Source: an uncultured bacterium (GTDB taxonomy: Bacteria > Krumholzibacteriota > Krumholzibacteriia > LZORAL124-64-63). From it: a stretch of 64,000 bases of DNA. The notes under the pieces were generated by a model. It saw nothing but the letters and a program-made list of their open reading frames with translations, was not told the origin of the DNA and made no database searches. Positions 41,904-51,980 of this stretch are shown here, piece after piece (position 1 is the stretch's first letter; each line of letters starts with the position of its first letter). A program made the position numbers and the translations under genes. The stretch lies in assembly GCA_963727525.1 (NCBI GenBank), contig CAVSGO010000007.1, positions 736,001 through 800,000 on the forward strand, read 5' to 3'.

Positions 41904-43456
41904 CGGGCTCCTGGGTCAGCATCCTGCCGCCGCTGCTGGCGATCGCGCTGGCGCTGATCACGCGACAGGTGCTGCCCTCGCTCATCGTCGGCGGCTACTG
42001 CGGCGCACTCGTCCTCGCCCATTTCCAGCCGCTCACCGCCTTGCTGCGCCTCGGCGATCACTTCCTCGTCGGGGCGCTCGCCGATCATGACCACGCGACC
42101 ATCGTGCTGTTCACCACGATCCTCGGCGGCATGGTCGGGGTGATGGCCGCGGGCGGCATGAGCGAGGGGCTGGTGCGCGCGCTCGCGGGCAAGGTGAGCA
42201 GCCGCCCCGCCGGTCAGACGTCGACGGCGATCATGGGCACCGTGATCTTCTTCGACGACTACGCCAACACCCTGCTCGTGGGCACCACGATGCGCCCGCT
42301 CACCGATCGTCTGCGCATCTCGCGCGAGAAGCTGGCGTACCTCGTCGACAGCACCGCCGCCCCGGTCACGGCCCTCGCCGTGGTGTCCACCTGGATCGGG
42401 TTCGAGGTCGGACTCATCCAGGAGGCCCTCGTGCGCGGTGGCCAGGACGGCGGCTCCGCCTACGCGTTCTTCGTGCAATGCCTGCCCTACAGCTTCTATC
42501 CCGTGCTCACGCTCGTGATGGTGTACCTGGTCGCGACCACGGGCCGCGACTTCGGCCCCATGTTCACCGCCGAGGCCAGGGCCTGGCAGCGCGACGAGGC
42601 GGCGCCGCTCGCCGGTGCCCGGGGCACGACCACGGCGCCGCTATCGCCGCTGCTCGGGCTCCTGCCGGTGGCCACCGTGATCGCCACGACCGCACTGGGT
42701 CTCTGGCTCGGCGGGCGGCAAGAGGCGATACGACAGGGTATTGCCTCACCATCGCTCAGGGATGTTCTCAACCACGCGGACAGCTACGCCGTCCTCATGT
42801 GGGCGGCCGTGCTCGGGGCGTTGATGGCGGCCGGCATCGCGCTCGGCAGCCGCCGTCTCTCCCTGGCGAAGGTCGTGGACGGGTTCATGAGCGGGTGCCA
42901 GTCGATGCTGGTGGCCATCGCCATCCTGATCCTGGCCTGGACGCTCAGCGCCGTGTGCGCCGACCTGGGTACGGCCGATTTCGTGGTCGGCGCGTGCCAG
43001 GGGGCGCTGTCGGCGCACCTGCTGCCGGCGGTGACGTTCCTGATCGCCGCCGTCGTGAGCTTCGCCACGGGCACGAGCTGGGGGACCATGGCCATCCTGA
43101 TGCCCCTCGTCTTCCCGCTCGGGCTCGCGCTGCCGGCCGCGGAAGGCGTGCCTGCGGGTGTGGCCCAGGCGATCCACCTGGCGACGGTGCGGGCCGTGAT
43201 GGCGGGCGCCGTGTTCGGCGACCACTGCTCGCCGATCTCCGACACCACGATCATGTCGTCCCTGGCCTCGAGTTGCGAACACGTCGATCATGTGCGGACC
43301 CAGCTCCCGTACGCGCTCGCCGTGGCCGGCATCGCGATCGTATGCGGGTACCTGCCGGCGGGCTGGGGGATGTCGCCCGTCCTCGGCAATCTGGTCGGCG
43401 CCGCCGTGGTGGCGGGGCTGGTGGTTGTCCTGGGACGCAACCCCGCGAGGTCGTGA
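41900..43456 (+). CDS. Na+/H+ antiporter NhaC family transporter
   Basis: IFFDDYAN, SREKLAYLVDSTAAP, SFATGTSWGT, GDHCSPISDTT, DHVRTQLPYA. Confidence 0.9.
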   Translation: MTGSWVSILPPLLAIALALITRQVLPSLIVGGYCGALVLAHFQPLTALLRLGDHFLVGALADHDHATIVLFTTILGGMVGVMAAGGMSEGLVRALAGKVSSRPAGQTSTAIMGTVIFFDDYANTLLVGTTMRPLTDRLRISREKLAYLVDSTAAPVTALAVVSTWIGFEVGLIQEALVRGGQDGGSAYAFFVQCLPYSFYPVLTLVMVYLVATTGRDFGPMFTAEARAWQRDEAAPLAGARGTTTAPLSPLLGLLPVATVIATTALGLWLGGRQEAIRQGIASPSLRDVLNHADSYAVLMWAAVLGALMAAGIALGSRRLSLAKVVDGFMSGCQSMLVAIAILILAWTLSAVCADLGTADFVVGACQGALSAHLLPAVTFLIAAVVSFATGTSWGTMAILMPLVFPLGLALPAAEGVPAGVAQAIHLATVRAVMAGAVFGDHCSPISDTTIMSSLASSCEHVDHVRTQLPYALAVAGIAIVCGYLPAGWGMSPVLGNLVGAAVVAGLVVVLGRNPARS

Positions 43457-44226
43457 TGCTCACGCTGCTCACGGATTTCGGACAGCGCGACCCATACGTG
43501 GCCGAGGTGAAGGCCGCACTCGTGCGTGGGGGTGTGCCGTTGGCTCGGATCGTCGATCTCAGCCACGACATCGACGCCGGCGACGTGGCGGGGGCCGCCT
43601 GGTTCCTCGATCGGGTGTGGCGACAGTGGCCCACGGGCACGGTGCATGTGGCCGTGGTCGATCCGGGCGTGGGCATGGCGCGTCCGCCGGTGGCCGCAAA
43701 CTGTGCCGGGCATGTTTTCGTGGCGCCGGGTAATGGCCTCCTGGCGCCTCTTGCCAGGCGTGCCGATCTGCAGGTGGTGCGCCTGGCCGGCAGCGCCATG
43801 CAGCCGCCGCCGGGGCGGCGCCACTCCACGACGTTTCATGGTCGCGACCTCTTCGCGCCCGTGGGCGCCCGCTTGGCCGGCGGCGAGCGCCTCAATAGCG
43901 TGGGGATGCCCGCGACGGTGCAGGACCTCGGCACGCTGCCCCCGGCCGCGGACGGCCGCGTGGTGTGGATCGATCGCTTCGGCAACCTGATCAGCGACAT
44001 CGCGCGCGCGAGTGCGCTGGGCCAGTCGCTCGCCGAGGGCGCGGAACTGCGCGTGGCGGAGATGGCGGTCCACGGCCCGGTGCTGGCCTTCGCCGAGGCC
44101 CCGCCGGACACGCTGATCTGGTACTGGGGAAGTCATGATACGCTCGAGATCGCGCTGCGTGACGCCAGCGCGGCCCGTCGTCTGGGCGCCCGGCCGGGGC
44201 TGGCCATCCAGCGGCCGAGTCCGTAA
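43456..44226 (+). CDS. SAM hydroxide adenosyltransferase / SAM-dependent halogenase family (DUF62)
   Basis: TLLTDFG..DPYV, VVDPGVG..R, STTFHGRDLFAP, IDRFGNL, LEIA. Confidence 0.88.
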   Translation: MLTLLTDFGQRDPYVAEVKAALVRGGVPLARIVDLSHDIDAGDVAGAAWFLDRVWRQWPTGTVHVAVVDPGVGMARPPVAANCAGHVFVAPGNGLLAPLARRADLQVVRLAGSAMQPPPGRRHSTTFHGRDLFAPVGARLAGGERLNSVGMPATVQDLGTLPPAADGRVVWIDRFGNLISDIARASALGQSLAEGAELRVAEMAVHGPVLAFAEAPPDTLIWYWGSHDTLEIALRDASAARRLGARPGLAIQRPSP

Positions 44227-44268
44227 CGTCACGCGGTCGCGCGCACCTAGCAGGAGGCAATCCCACCC

Positions 44269-45063
44269 ATGCGGAATCCGTCTCGCCTGACTCCCGTCGT
44301 GAGCCGTCTCGCCGCGTGCCTATGTGCCGTGATCGCGCTGAGCGCGCTGGGCGGCTGCACGGGCAAGTCGATCGAGTTTCACTATCCGGCCGAACACATC
44401 ACGTTTCCCGGTCAGGGCATCGTGCGCCCCACGCTCTACGTGGAGTTCATCCACGACATGCGGCCGGAGGTCGAGCGCGTGGGCAAGGGCAAGATGTTCG
44501 ATATCACCTTCCCGGGCGATGAGGACTGGGACCGACCGGTCCAGCAGATCTACTACGAGGCGCTCGTGCAGGATCTCACGCAGACGGAGCTGGTGGCACT
44601 CGTGCCGATGCGGGCGCAGGCCGATTACGTGCTCGAGGTCGATCTGCAACGGCTCGGCGCGCGCCTGAAGCGTTCGGCCGGCGGCTACATGCTGGCCGCG
44701 CTCACCGGTGCGGGCGTCGGCTACGTCGTCACCCAGAGCGCGGGCGGGGCGGCCGGAGGTGTGGTGCTCGGCATCGGCGCCATGCCCATGCCGGCGCGGA
44801 TGGAGGCCACCGCGGAGGTGCGTCTGCGCCTCTACGACACCGATCATGAGCTGGTGTGGGATCGCGCCTGCCGCGGCGAACGGGTCAAGGAGATCTGGAC
44901 GGGCGTGACGGCGCGTAACGACCAGGAATGGGTGGACAGCTACCTCACCGTGGCCGTGAAGCGGTGCAATGCGTGCCTGCTGGGCCAGCTCCGGCAGGCG
45001 TTGCTCAGCGCCGGCGAGCCGATTCCGGACAAGCCGCGGCGACCGACGATTCCGCGACCCTAG
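44269..45063 (+). CDS. Hypothetical lipoprotein
   Basis: Basic N-terminus, hydrophobic stretch and lipobox LGGC; internal Gly-rich hydrophobic hairpin. Confidence 0.7.
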   Translation: MRNPSRLTPVVSRLAACLCAVIALSALGGCTGKSIEFHYPAEHITFPGQGIVRPTLYVEFIHDMRPEVERVGKGKMFDITFPGDEDWDRPVQQIYYEALVQDLTQTELVALVPMRAQADYVLEVDLQRLGARLKRSAGGYMLAALTGAGVGYVVTQSAGGAAGGVVLGIGAMPMPARMEATAEVRLRLYDTDHELVWDRACRGERVKEIWTGVTARNDQEWVDSYLTVAVKRCNACLLGQLRQALLSAGEPIPDKPRRPTIPRP

Positions 45064-45069
45064 TCGCGG

Positions 45070-46434
45070 CTACAGTAGCTGCGCGGCCAGGCTGGCCAGC
45101 GTGCTGCGCTCGCTCTTTGCCAGCGTGATGTGGCCGTAGATGGGCTGGTCCTTGAACCGTTCGACCACGTAGGTCAAGCCGTTGCTCGCCGCGTCGAGGT
45201 ACGGATTGTCGATCTGGTACGCGTCGCCGGTGAGGACCACCTTCGCGTCCTCGCCGGCGCGGCTGACCACGGTCTTCACCTCGTGCGGCGTGAGATTCTG
45301 CGCCTCGTCGATGACGATGAAGAGCTTGGGGAGGCTGCGCCCGCGGATGTACGTCACCGCTTCCATCTCCAGGATGCCGGTGTCGAAGAGATAGCCGACC
45401 TTGTCGCTGCTCTGCTCGAGCTTGGGGTCGACGAGGTACTGCAGGTTGTCGAGGATGGGCTCCATCCAGCTCTCGAGCTTCTCTTCCTTCGAGCCTGGCA
45501 AGTAGCCGATGTCCTTGCCCAGCGGCATGATCGGGCGCGATACCATGATGCGCCGGTAACGCTTTTCCTCGGCCACCATCTGCAGGCCCACGGCGAGTGC
45601 GAGCAGCGTCTTGCCGGTGCCGGCCTGGCCGAGCATGGTCACGAGCTGGATGTCCGGGCGCAGGAGCAGCTCGAGCGCGAACTGCTGCTGCAGGTTGCGG
45701 GCGGACAGTCCCCACGGGTGCGCGTCGCCGTAGGTCAACGGTTCGATACGTCTGCTGTCGGCGCGCCAGATGCCGCGCGCGGTCTGCTTGGGTCGCGTCT
45801 CGGCGCGCAGCAATACGCCCTCGTTCGGACGGAAGTCGCCCTCGATCACGACGGGCTCGCCGGCGTAGAAGCCGTTGACCACGTCTTCGGACACGACGTG
45901 CTCGCTCCAGCCGTTGTACAGCTCGTCGAAGTTCACCTTGCGGTTGCGGAAGTCCTCGGCCTTGATGCCCAGCGCGTCGGCCTTCACGCGGGCGTTGATG
46001 TCCTTCGAGATGAAGGCGACGTCGGCGCCCGCCTCCTGCAGGGCGATGGCCGTGGCGAGGATGCGGTTGTCCGGCACGGTGCTGTCCATGCCTGCGGGGA
46101 GGTGATCAACGAAGCTCTTCACGAGCACATAGAGCTTGCCGCCGCCCGGCAGGGCGACACCCTCGCTCAGCGGCTTGCCGTTGCGCAGCCCGTCGAGCGT
46201 GCGGGCCACGTGACGGGCGTTGCGCGCGCGCTCGTCGTTGCCGCGCTTGAAGCGGTCGAGTTCCTCGAGCACGTCGACAGTGAGTATCAGGTTGTGTTCG
46301 GAAAAAGCGCTCAGGGCCGTGGCGTCGTGGAGGAGGACGTTGGTGTCGAGGAGGAAGCTGCGTCCGACCGGAACGGGGAGCTGGCCACCTACGAATTGTC
46401 CAACGTCCCGCGAGGTGTCGCGGTGAGCTGACAT
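45070..46434 (-). CDS. PIN-PhoH (PhoH2/YlaK-like) protein
   Basis: N-terminal PIN LLDTNVLLHD..ELDRFK, DNRIL, SKDINARVKA; PhoH GQAGTGKT, IGYLPG, RGRSL, DEAQNLT, TGD..QIDNPY. Confidence 0.92.
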   Translation of the reverse strand: MSAHRDTSRDVGQFVGGQLPVPVGRSFLLDTNVLLHDATALSAFSEHNLILTVDVLEELDRFKRGNDERARNARHVARTLDGLRNGKPLSEGVALPGGGKLYVLVKSFVDHLPAGMDSTVPDNRILATAIALQEAGADVAFISKDINARVKADALGIKAEDFRNRKVNFDELYNGWSEHVVSEDVVNGFYAGEPVVIEGDFRPNEGVLLRAETRPKQTARGIWRADSRRIEPLTYGDAHPWGLSARNLQQQFALELLLRPDIQLVTMLGQAGTGKTLLALAVGLQMVAEEKRYRRIMVSRPIMPLGKDIGYLPGSKEEKLESWMEPILDNLQYLVDPKLEQSSDKVGYLFDTGILEMEAVTYIRGRSLPKLFIVIDEAQNLTPHEVKTVVSRAGEDAKVVLTGDAYQIDNPYLDAASNGLTYVVERFKDQPIYGHITLAKSERSTLASLAAQLL

Positions 46435-46491
46435 GAAGCCTCCTTGTCGCAGCGCGAACTCCGTTTCACTATCGGCAGGAGAGCGCTGAGA

Positions 46492-46521
46492 TTTATAGCA
46501 GGGTCGGGCGGGGCGTGGCAA
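46492..46521 (-). promoter_or_regulatory. Putative sigma70 promoter for PIN-PhoH
   Basis: Minus strand TTGCCA-18 nt-TATAAA with TG extension (TGCTATAAAT). Confidence 0.5.
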
Positions 46522-46563
46522 GACCTTGTCTTGGCCAGATCCCGTGGTTATCGTGGCGGCACC

Positions 46564-48365
46564 ATGCGTGTCCTGTTCCTTCTGCTGCTGGTGAGCGCGG
46601 CCGCGGCCGCGGAGCCCCCTGCCACCCCGCCGCCGGCCGTCCGCTGGCCTCTCGACCTGCCCACGCACTACCTCGCCAGTAATTTCATGGAATACCGCGA
46701 CGGCCGCTTCCACGCGGGTCTCGATCTGAAGACGAACAGCCGCACGGGCTATCCCTGCCACGCTGTGGAATCGGGTTACGTGAGCCGCGTGCGCGTGGGC
46801 TACACCGGTTATGGACGCGCCGTGTATCTGCACGGGGTGTCGGGCCGCACCTACGTCTACGGTCATCTCGAGCGCCTGGCCGACCCGCTGCGCGCCCTCG
46901 TCGCCCGCGCGCAGAACCGGCGCGGCGTCTACACGGTCGATCTCAGTGTGAAGGCCGGCGCGGTCCCGGTTCGAGCCGGCGAGGTGATCGGCACCTCCGG
47001 CCAGAGCGGGACCGTCGGACCACATCTGCACTTCGAGGTGCGCGACGCCGCGCAGCGCCCGCTCGACCCGCAGCTCTGCGGATTCGCGGTGGACGACACG
47101 CGGGCGCCGCGGATCCTCGCGGTGCGGGCGCTCCCGGCGAGTCCCGAGGCGCGCATCGCCGGCACGGCGACGCCGCGGCTCGTGCGTGGCGGCGGCGACT
47201 TGCCGCCCCTGGCGGTGCTCGGGCCGGTGGCGTTCACCGCGCAGGTGGTGGAGACGAGCGACGCCATGGGCCATCACCTCGCGCCCTGTCTGCTGCGCCT
47301 GGAGGTGGATGGCACGGAGGTATTCGCGGCGCGCAACGACACGATCGAGTGGGACCGCAACGGGCAGCTCCGACTCGAGTTTCTCGAATGCGACGACGTG
47401 CGCGAGCGCTGGCTGCACCGCTGGCCGGCCGACACGGTGCCCGGACGCCGCGGCGGACTCTGGTACGAGGGGCCGCAGAGGCACGGGCTCGCGCCAGGCC
47501 ATCACCGCTGCGTGCTGACGGCCGCCGACCGCGCGGGCAACACGGCGCTTGCTACCTGGGATCTGCTGGTCCTCGCCCCCGAAGCGCCTTGGCCCGACAT
47601 CGCGGGCGGCTGGGAGGCCATGCCCACCGGTAGCCGGCTCGCGAGCCCGGATAGTCCGGCCAGCGCCGATCTCATCCCGCCGCTCGTGCCGCCGGACCCG
47701 TTGCCGGCGGCGAGCGCCATCAGGTTGTCCCCGCCGACGATGCCGGGGTCCTGGCGGCGACCACGCTCTGGTGGCGCGCCGTCGCGACCCCGACCGACGA
47801 TCCCGTCTCCGGCCTGCTCAGTGCCGGCGCCGCAGCGTCTTATGCGGCCGGCACCTGGCCCGTCCAGGGGGCGATCACAGTACCGCTGCCCGGAGCGGCC
47901 GGCGTCATCGGGGACCCCCGGGCCGCGGTCTATCGCCAGGATGGCCGCCGCTGGCTCTACGTCGGGCAGGTGGCCGTCGACGGCGACGGCTTACCGGCCT
48001 TCCGGCTGTCTGGCCCCGGTTTGCACGCGGTCATGCGCGACGTGGATCCGCCGGTGATCGTGGCCGGTGGCGATACCCTGCGCGTGGGGCCCGGACCCGC
48101 CCGGATCGCGCCCACGGTAACGCCACCGGTCTGGGCGCCGGTGATCGTGTCCGTGGGTGATCACGGCAGCGGCGTCGACTGGGAGGCCCTGCGCGTGTGG
48201 CTCGACGGCCAGCCGCTCCTGGCCGAGCCGGACCCGCCCCGCGATCGTGTGCTCGTGGCACTGCCCGACGATCTCGCCCCGGGTCCTCACGCCCTGGGGC
48301 TGGAGGTCGTGGACCGGGCCGGCAACCACGCCGCGCGCGTTCTCGCGCTGCTAGCGAGGTCATGA
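46564..48365 (+). pseudogene. M23 family metallopeptidase, split by a frameshift near 47655-47720 (sequence error or pseudogene)
   Basis: Signal peptide, FHAGLDLK, GYGRAVY, YGHL, GPHLHFEVR in the first frame. A protein-like C-terminal part (AVYRQDGRRWLYVG...RDVDPPVI...DHGSGVD...VVDRAGN) is open in another frame from 47655 to 48365. Confidence 0.75.
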
Positions 48366-48392
48366 CCCGCCGGATGATGTTCCGCCGGACGG

Positions 48393-48421
48393 TTTACGCA
48401 CCCGCGCCGGCCTGCTAAGGT
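48393..48421 (+). promoter_or_regulatory. Putative sigma70 promoter for dnaE
   Basis: TTTACG-17 nt-TAAGGT with extended -10 TG. Confidence 0.45.
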
Positions 48422-48446
48422 CGGCACCTGGAGGATAGACGTCAGC

Positions 48447-51400
48447 ATGCCCGAGGCCACCTTCGTCCATCTGCACAATCATTCCGACTACTCGCTCCTC
48501 GACGGCGCGATGAAGGCGCGCGCCATGGTGAGCAAGGCAAAGGCCGATGGTCAGCCGGCCCTCGCGCTCACCGACCACGGAAACCTGTTCGGGGCTGTCG
48601 AGTTCTACCTGGAATGCCGTAAGCAGGGCATCAAGCCCATCCTCGGGATGGAGGCCTACGTCACGCGCGATCGCCACGACCGCTCGGGCAAGGACGCGGC
48701 GCGCAACCATCACACCGTGTTGCTGGCGGCCAACGCGACGGGCTGGCGCAATCTGATCCAGCTGGCCTCGGCGGGTTTTCTCGAGGGCTTCTACTACAAA
48801 CCCCGCATCGACAAGGATCTGCTCGCGGCCCACAGCGACGGCATCATCGCCCTCAGCGCCTGCCTCGGCGGCGAGCCCAACAGTCTGCTGCGTCGCGGCG
48901 ACGTGCCCGGCGCGATCCGTGCGGCGGGGGAGTACCGCGAGATCTTCGGGCGCGATCGCTACTTCCTCGAGATCCAGAACCATGGCCTGCCGGACGAGGA
49001 GCAGGTACGCCGCCTCATGCCCGAGGTGGCGCGCGAACTGGGTCTGGAGATCGTGGCCACCAACGACTGCCACTTCCTCGAGCGCGAGCATTACGAGGCC
49101 CACGACATCCTGCTGGCGATCCAGACGGGCAAGACCCTCGAGGACGACGCGCGCTGGAAGTCGGCCACGCCTGAGGTGTACTTCAAGTCCACGCAGGAGA
49201 TGCAGACGCTCTTCCAGGACTGGCCCCAGGCGCTGGCAAACACGCTGCGGGTCGCCGATCTGGTGGACCTCGATCTGGAGCTGGGCAAGCTGCTGCTGCC
49301 GGCCTTTCCTCTGCCATCGGGCTTCGCGACGGCAGAGGACTACGTGGAGCACCTGGCGCGCACCGGTCTGGCGCGCCGTTACGCCACGATCACGCCGGTC
49401 ATCGAGGAGCGGCTGTCCTACGAGCTGGGTGTGATCCGCGCCACCGGCTTCGCGGGCTATTTTCTCATCGTCGCGGATTTCATCGAGGCTGCGCATCGCA
49501 TGGCCATTCCGGTGGGGCCCGGCCGCGGCTCGGCTGCGGGCAGCCTGGTGTGCTACTGCATGGGGATCACCGATATCGACCCCATCCGGCACAACCTGCT
49601 CTTCGAACGCTTCCTCAATCCCGAGCGCATCTCGATGCCCGACATCGACGTCGACTTCTGCTTCGAGAAGCGCCCGCAGATCATTCGCTACGTGGAGGAG
49701 AAATACGGCCGCGACAACGTGTCGCAGATCATCACCTTCGGCACGATGGCGGCGCGCGCGGTGATCAAGGACGTGGCGCGCGTGCTCAGCCTGGGCTTCC
49801 AGGACGCCGACCGCATCTCGAAGCTCGTGCCCGAGGAGATCGGTATCACCCTCGAACGCGCGATCAAGGAGGCGCCCGGGCTCAAGGACGTGGCGCGCGA
49901 AAGCGACGTGCACGCGAAGCTGCTGCGCAACGCGCTCGTGCTGGAAGGGTTGAACCGCAATCCCGGCATCCATGCCGCGGGCGTGCTGATCACGCCCACG
50001 CCGCTCGTCAACCACGTGCCGCTCTACAAGACCACCAAGGGTGATATCACCACCCAGTTCGACATGCGCATGAGCGAGGAACTGGGCCTGCTCAAGATGG
50101 ATTTCCTCGGCCTGCGCACGCTCACCGTCATCGACAAGGCTCTGCAGCTCATCGCGGAGACCAAGGGCGTCACGATGACGGCGCAGGACATCCCCACCGA
50201 CGACCCGGGGACCTACAAGCTCCTGCAGGAAGGGCGCACCGTCGGCGTGTTCCAGCTCGAGAGCAGCGGCATGCAGGAGCTGGTGCGCAAGATGAAGCCC
50301 ACCTGCTACGAGGACATCACGGCCATCAACGCGCTCTACCGGCCCGGGCCGCTGGGCGCGGACATGGATGAGGTCTTCGTGGAGCGCAAGCACGGCCGCC
50401 AGAAGATCACCTACAAGCATCCCGATCTCGAACCCATCCTGCGCGATACCTACGGCGTGATCCTGTACCAGGAGCAGGTCATGCAGATCGCCAGCAAGCT
50501 GGGCGGCTTCTCCATGGGCCAGGCCGACAAGCTGCGCAAGGCCATGGGCAAGAAGAAGGCCGACATGATGGCCGAGATGAAGGTGAAGTTCCTGGACGGC
50601 GCGGCGAAGCTGGACGTGGACGAGCGCATCGCGCGCGAGGTCTTCGAGGAGATGGAGTTCTTCGCGCAGTACGGCTTCAACAAGAGCCACTCGGCGGCGT
50701 ACGCCCTGCTGTCGATCCAGACGGCGTGGCTCAAGGCGCACCATCCTGCCGAGTTCATGGCCGCCACCATGACGTCCGAGATGCGCAAGAGCGAACGCAT
50801 CATCCAGCTCATCGACGAGTGCAAGAACCTGAGCCTGCGTATCCAGCCCCCGGACATCAACCGGCCGCGGCGCGAATTCGCCGTGGCCGACGGCCAGATC
50901 GTCTTCGGCATGGGCGCGGTTAAGGGCGTCGGCGGCACGGCCATCGACGCCCTGCGGGAGGCCGACCGCATCTTCGCCGATCTCTTCGACCTCTGCGAAC
51001 ACGTGGACCTGCAGAAGGCGAACCGCAAGGTACTCGAGGGCTTGATCCATGCGGGGGCGCTCGACCGCTTGCCCGGCGACCGCGCCACGCTCATCGCCAA
51101 TCTCGACCGCGCCATCACCTATGGACAGAAGGCGGCCCGCGATCGCGACGGCGGCCAGGTATCCCTCTTCGGCGGCGCCGCCGCCACCACCACGCTGCGG
51201 CCCACTCTGAGCGTGGTGGAGCCCTTCGATCCCCTGGTGCAGCTCAGCCATGAACGCGAGGCGGTGGGCTTCTTCCTCTCGGGCCATCCCTTCCACGAGT
51301 ACCGCGAACTCATGGCGGCGTTGCCGGTGGCGACGGCGCGGGAGGTGGCCGCCAGGGGCGAGGGCACGCGGGTCGATCTGGCCGGCGTCGTCACGAGCCA

Positions 51401-51914
51401 CACCAGGAGCCGCGATCGGCACAAGCGCGTGTACGCCCGGGCGCACTTCGAGGACCGCACCGGCATCGTCTCGCTCACCGTCTACGCACGCCTCTACGAG
51501 GAGGTGAAGGACCTGGTGGCGAGCGACGGCATCCTGGTGGCGACCGGCCGGATCCAGGTGCGGGGCGACGGTCAACGCGAGGTGGTGGCGGATCGGCTGA
51601 CCCCGGTCGACGAGGTCCTCGCGCAGTGGACCCGGGAAGTGCTCTTGAAGCTCGACCTGGCCCGCATGGGGCAGGATGGTCTGCAGGGGCTCGAACAGGT
51701 CCTGATCGACCACAGCGAGGGCGGCGGAGTGCCGCTTCTTGTTGACACGAGCCGCGGGGGGCGCAATTGGTTGCTGCGCTCGAGCGGGCGCTCGCTGCGT
51801 CTGACGCTGGCGAGTCTGCGCGCCCTGCGCACCATCGCGGGGGTGGAGGCCATCCAATTGCGTGTGGCGGTCCCGGCGCCGCCGCGATCCGAGCGAATCA
51901 GCGCCCACGGCTAG
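48447..51914 (+). CDS. dnaE: DNA polymerase III alpha subunit
   Basis: PHP HLHNHSDYSLLDG, GPGRGSAAGS, FERFLNPERISMPDIDVDF, KMDFLGL, YGFNKSHSAAY. Confidence 0.97.
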   Translation: MPEATFVHLHNHSDYSLLDGAMKARAMVSKAKADGQPALALTDHGNLFGAVEFYLECRKQGIKPILGMEAYVTRDRHDRSGKDAARNHHTVLLAANATGWRNLIQLASAGFLEGFYYKPRIDKDLLAAHSDGIIALSACLGGEPNSLLRRGDVPGAIRAAGEYREIFGRDRYFLEIQNHGLPDEEQVRRLMPEVARELGLEIVATNDCHFLEREHYEAHDILLAIQTGKTLEDDARWKSATPEVYFKSTQEMQTLFQDWPQALANTLRVADLVDLDLELGKLLLPAFPLPSGFATAEDYVEHLARTGLARRYATITPVIEERLSYELGVIRATGFAGYFLIVADFIEAAHRMAIPVGPGRGSAAGSLVCYCMGITDIDPIRHNLLFERFLNPERISMPDIDVDFCFEKRPQIIRYVEEKYGRDNVSQIITFGTMAARAVIKDVARVLSLGFQDADRISKLVPEEIGITLERAIKEAPGLKDVARESDVHAKLLRNALVLEGLNRNPGIHAAGVLITPTPLVNHVPLYKTTKGDITTQFDMRMSEELGLLKMDFLGLRTLTVIDKALQLIAETKGVTMTAQDIPTDDPGTYKLLQEGRTVGVFQLESSGMQELVRKMKPTCYEDITAINALYRPGPLGADMDEVFVERKHGRQKITYKHPDLEPILRDTYGVILYQEQVMQIASKLGGFSMGQADKLRKAMGKKKADMMAEMKVKFLDGAAKLDVDERIAREVFEEMEFFAQYGFNKSHSAAYALLSIQTAWLKAHHPAEFMAATMTSEMRKSERIIQLIDECKNLSLRIQPPDINRPRREFAVADGQIVFGMGAVKGVGGTAIDALREADRIFADLFDLCEHVDLQKANRKVLEGLIHAGALDRLPGDRATLIANLDRAITYGQKAARDRDGGQVSLFGGAAATTTLRPTLSVVEPFDPLVQLSHEREAVGFFLSGHPFHEYRELMAALPVATAREVAARGEGTRVDLAGVVTSHTRSRDRHKRVYARAHFEDRTGIVSLTVYARLYEEVKDLVASDGILVATGRIQVRGDGQREVVADRLTPVDEVLAQWTREVLLKLDLARMGQDGLQGLEQVLIDHSEGGGVPLLVDTSRGGRNWLLRSSGRSLRLTLASLRALRTIAGVEAIQLRVAVPAPPRSERISAHG

Positions 51915-51980
51915 TGGGCGGCGAGGACGCCTTCGGGCTATCTTGCCGCGATTGCCGCGCGTGACGGAAAGGACGGTGAC

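Noticed and set aside
43456-44226. Fluorinase/chlorinase natural-product gene
   Set aside because: Retains hydrolase-type Asp/Arg/His residues and no biosynthetic cluster is nearby.
48447-51914. Possible intein or split in DnaE
   Set aside because: Length 1155 aa is ordinary, motifs are contiguous and no intein splice or LAGLIDADG motifs were seen.
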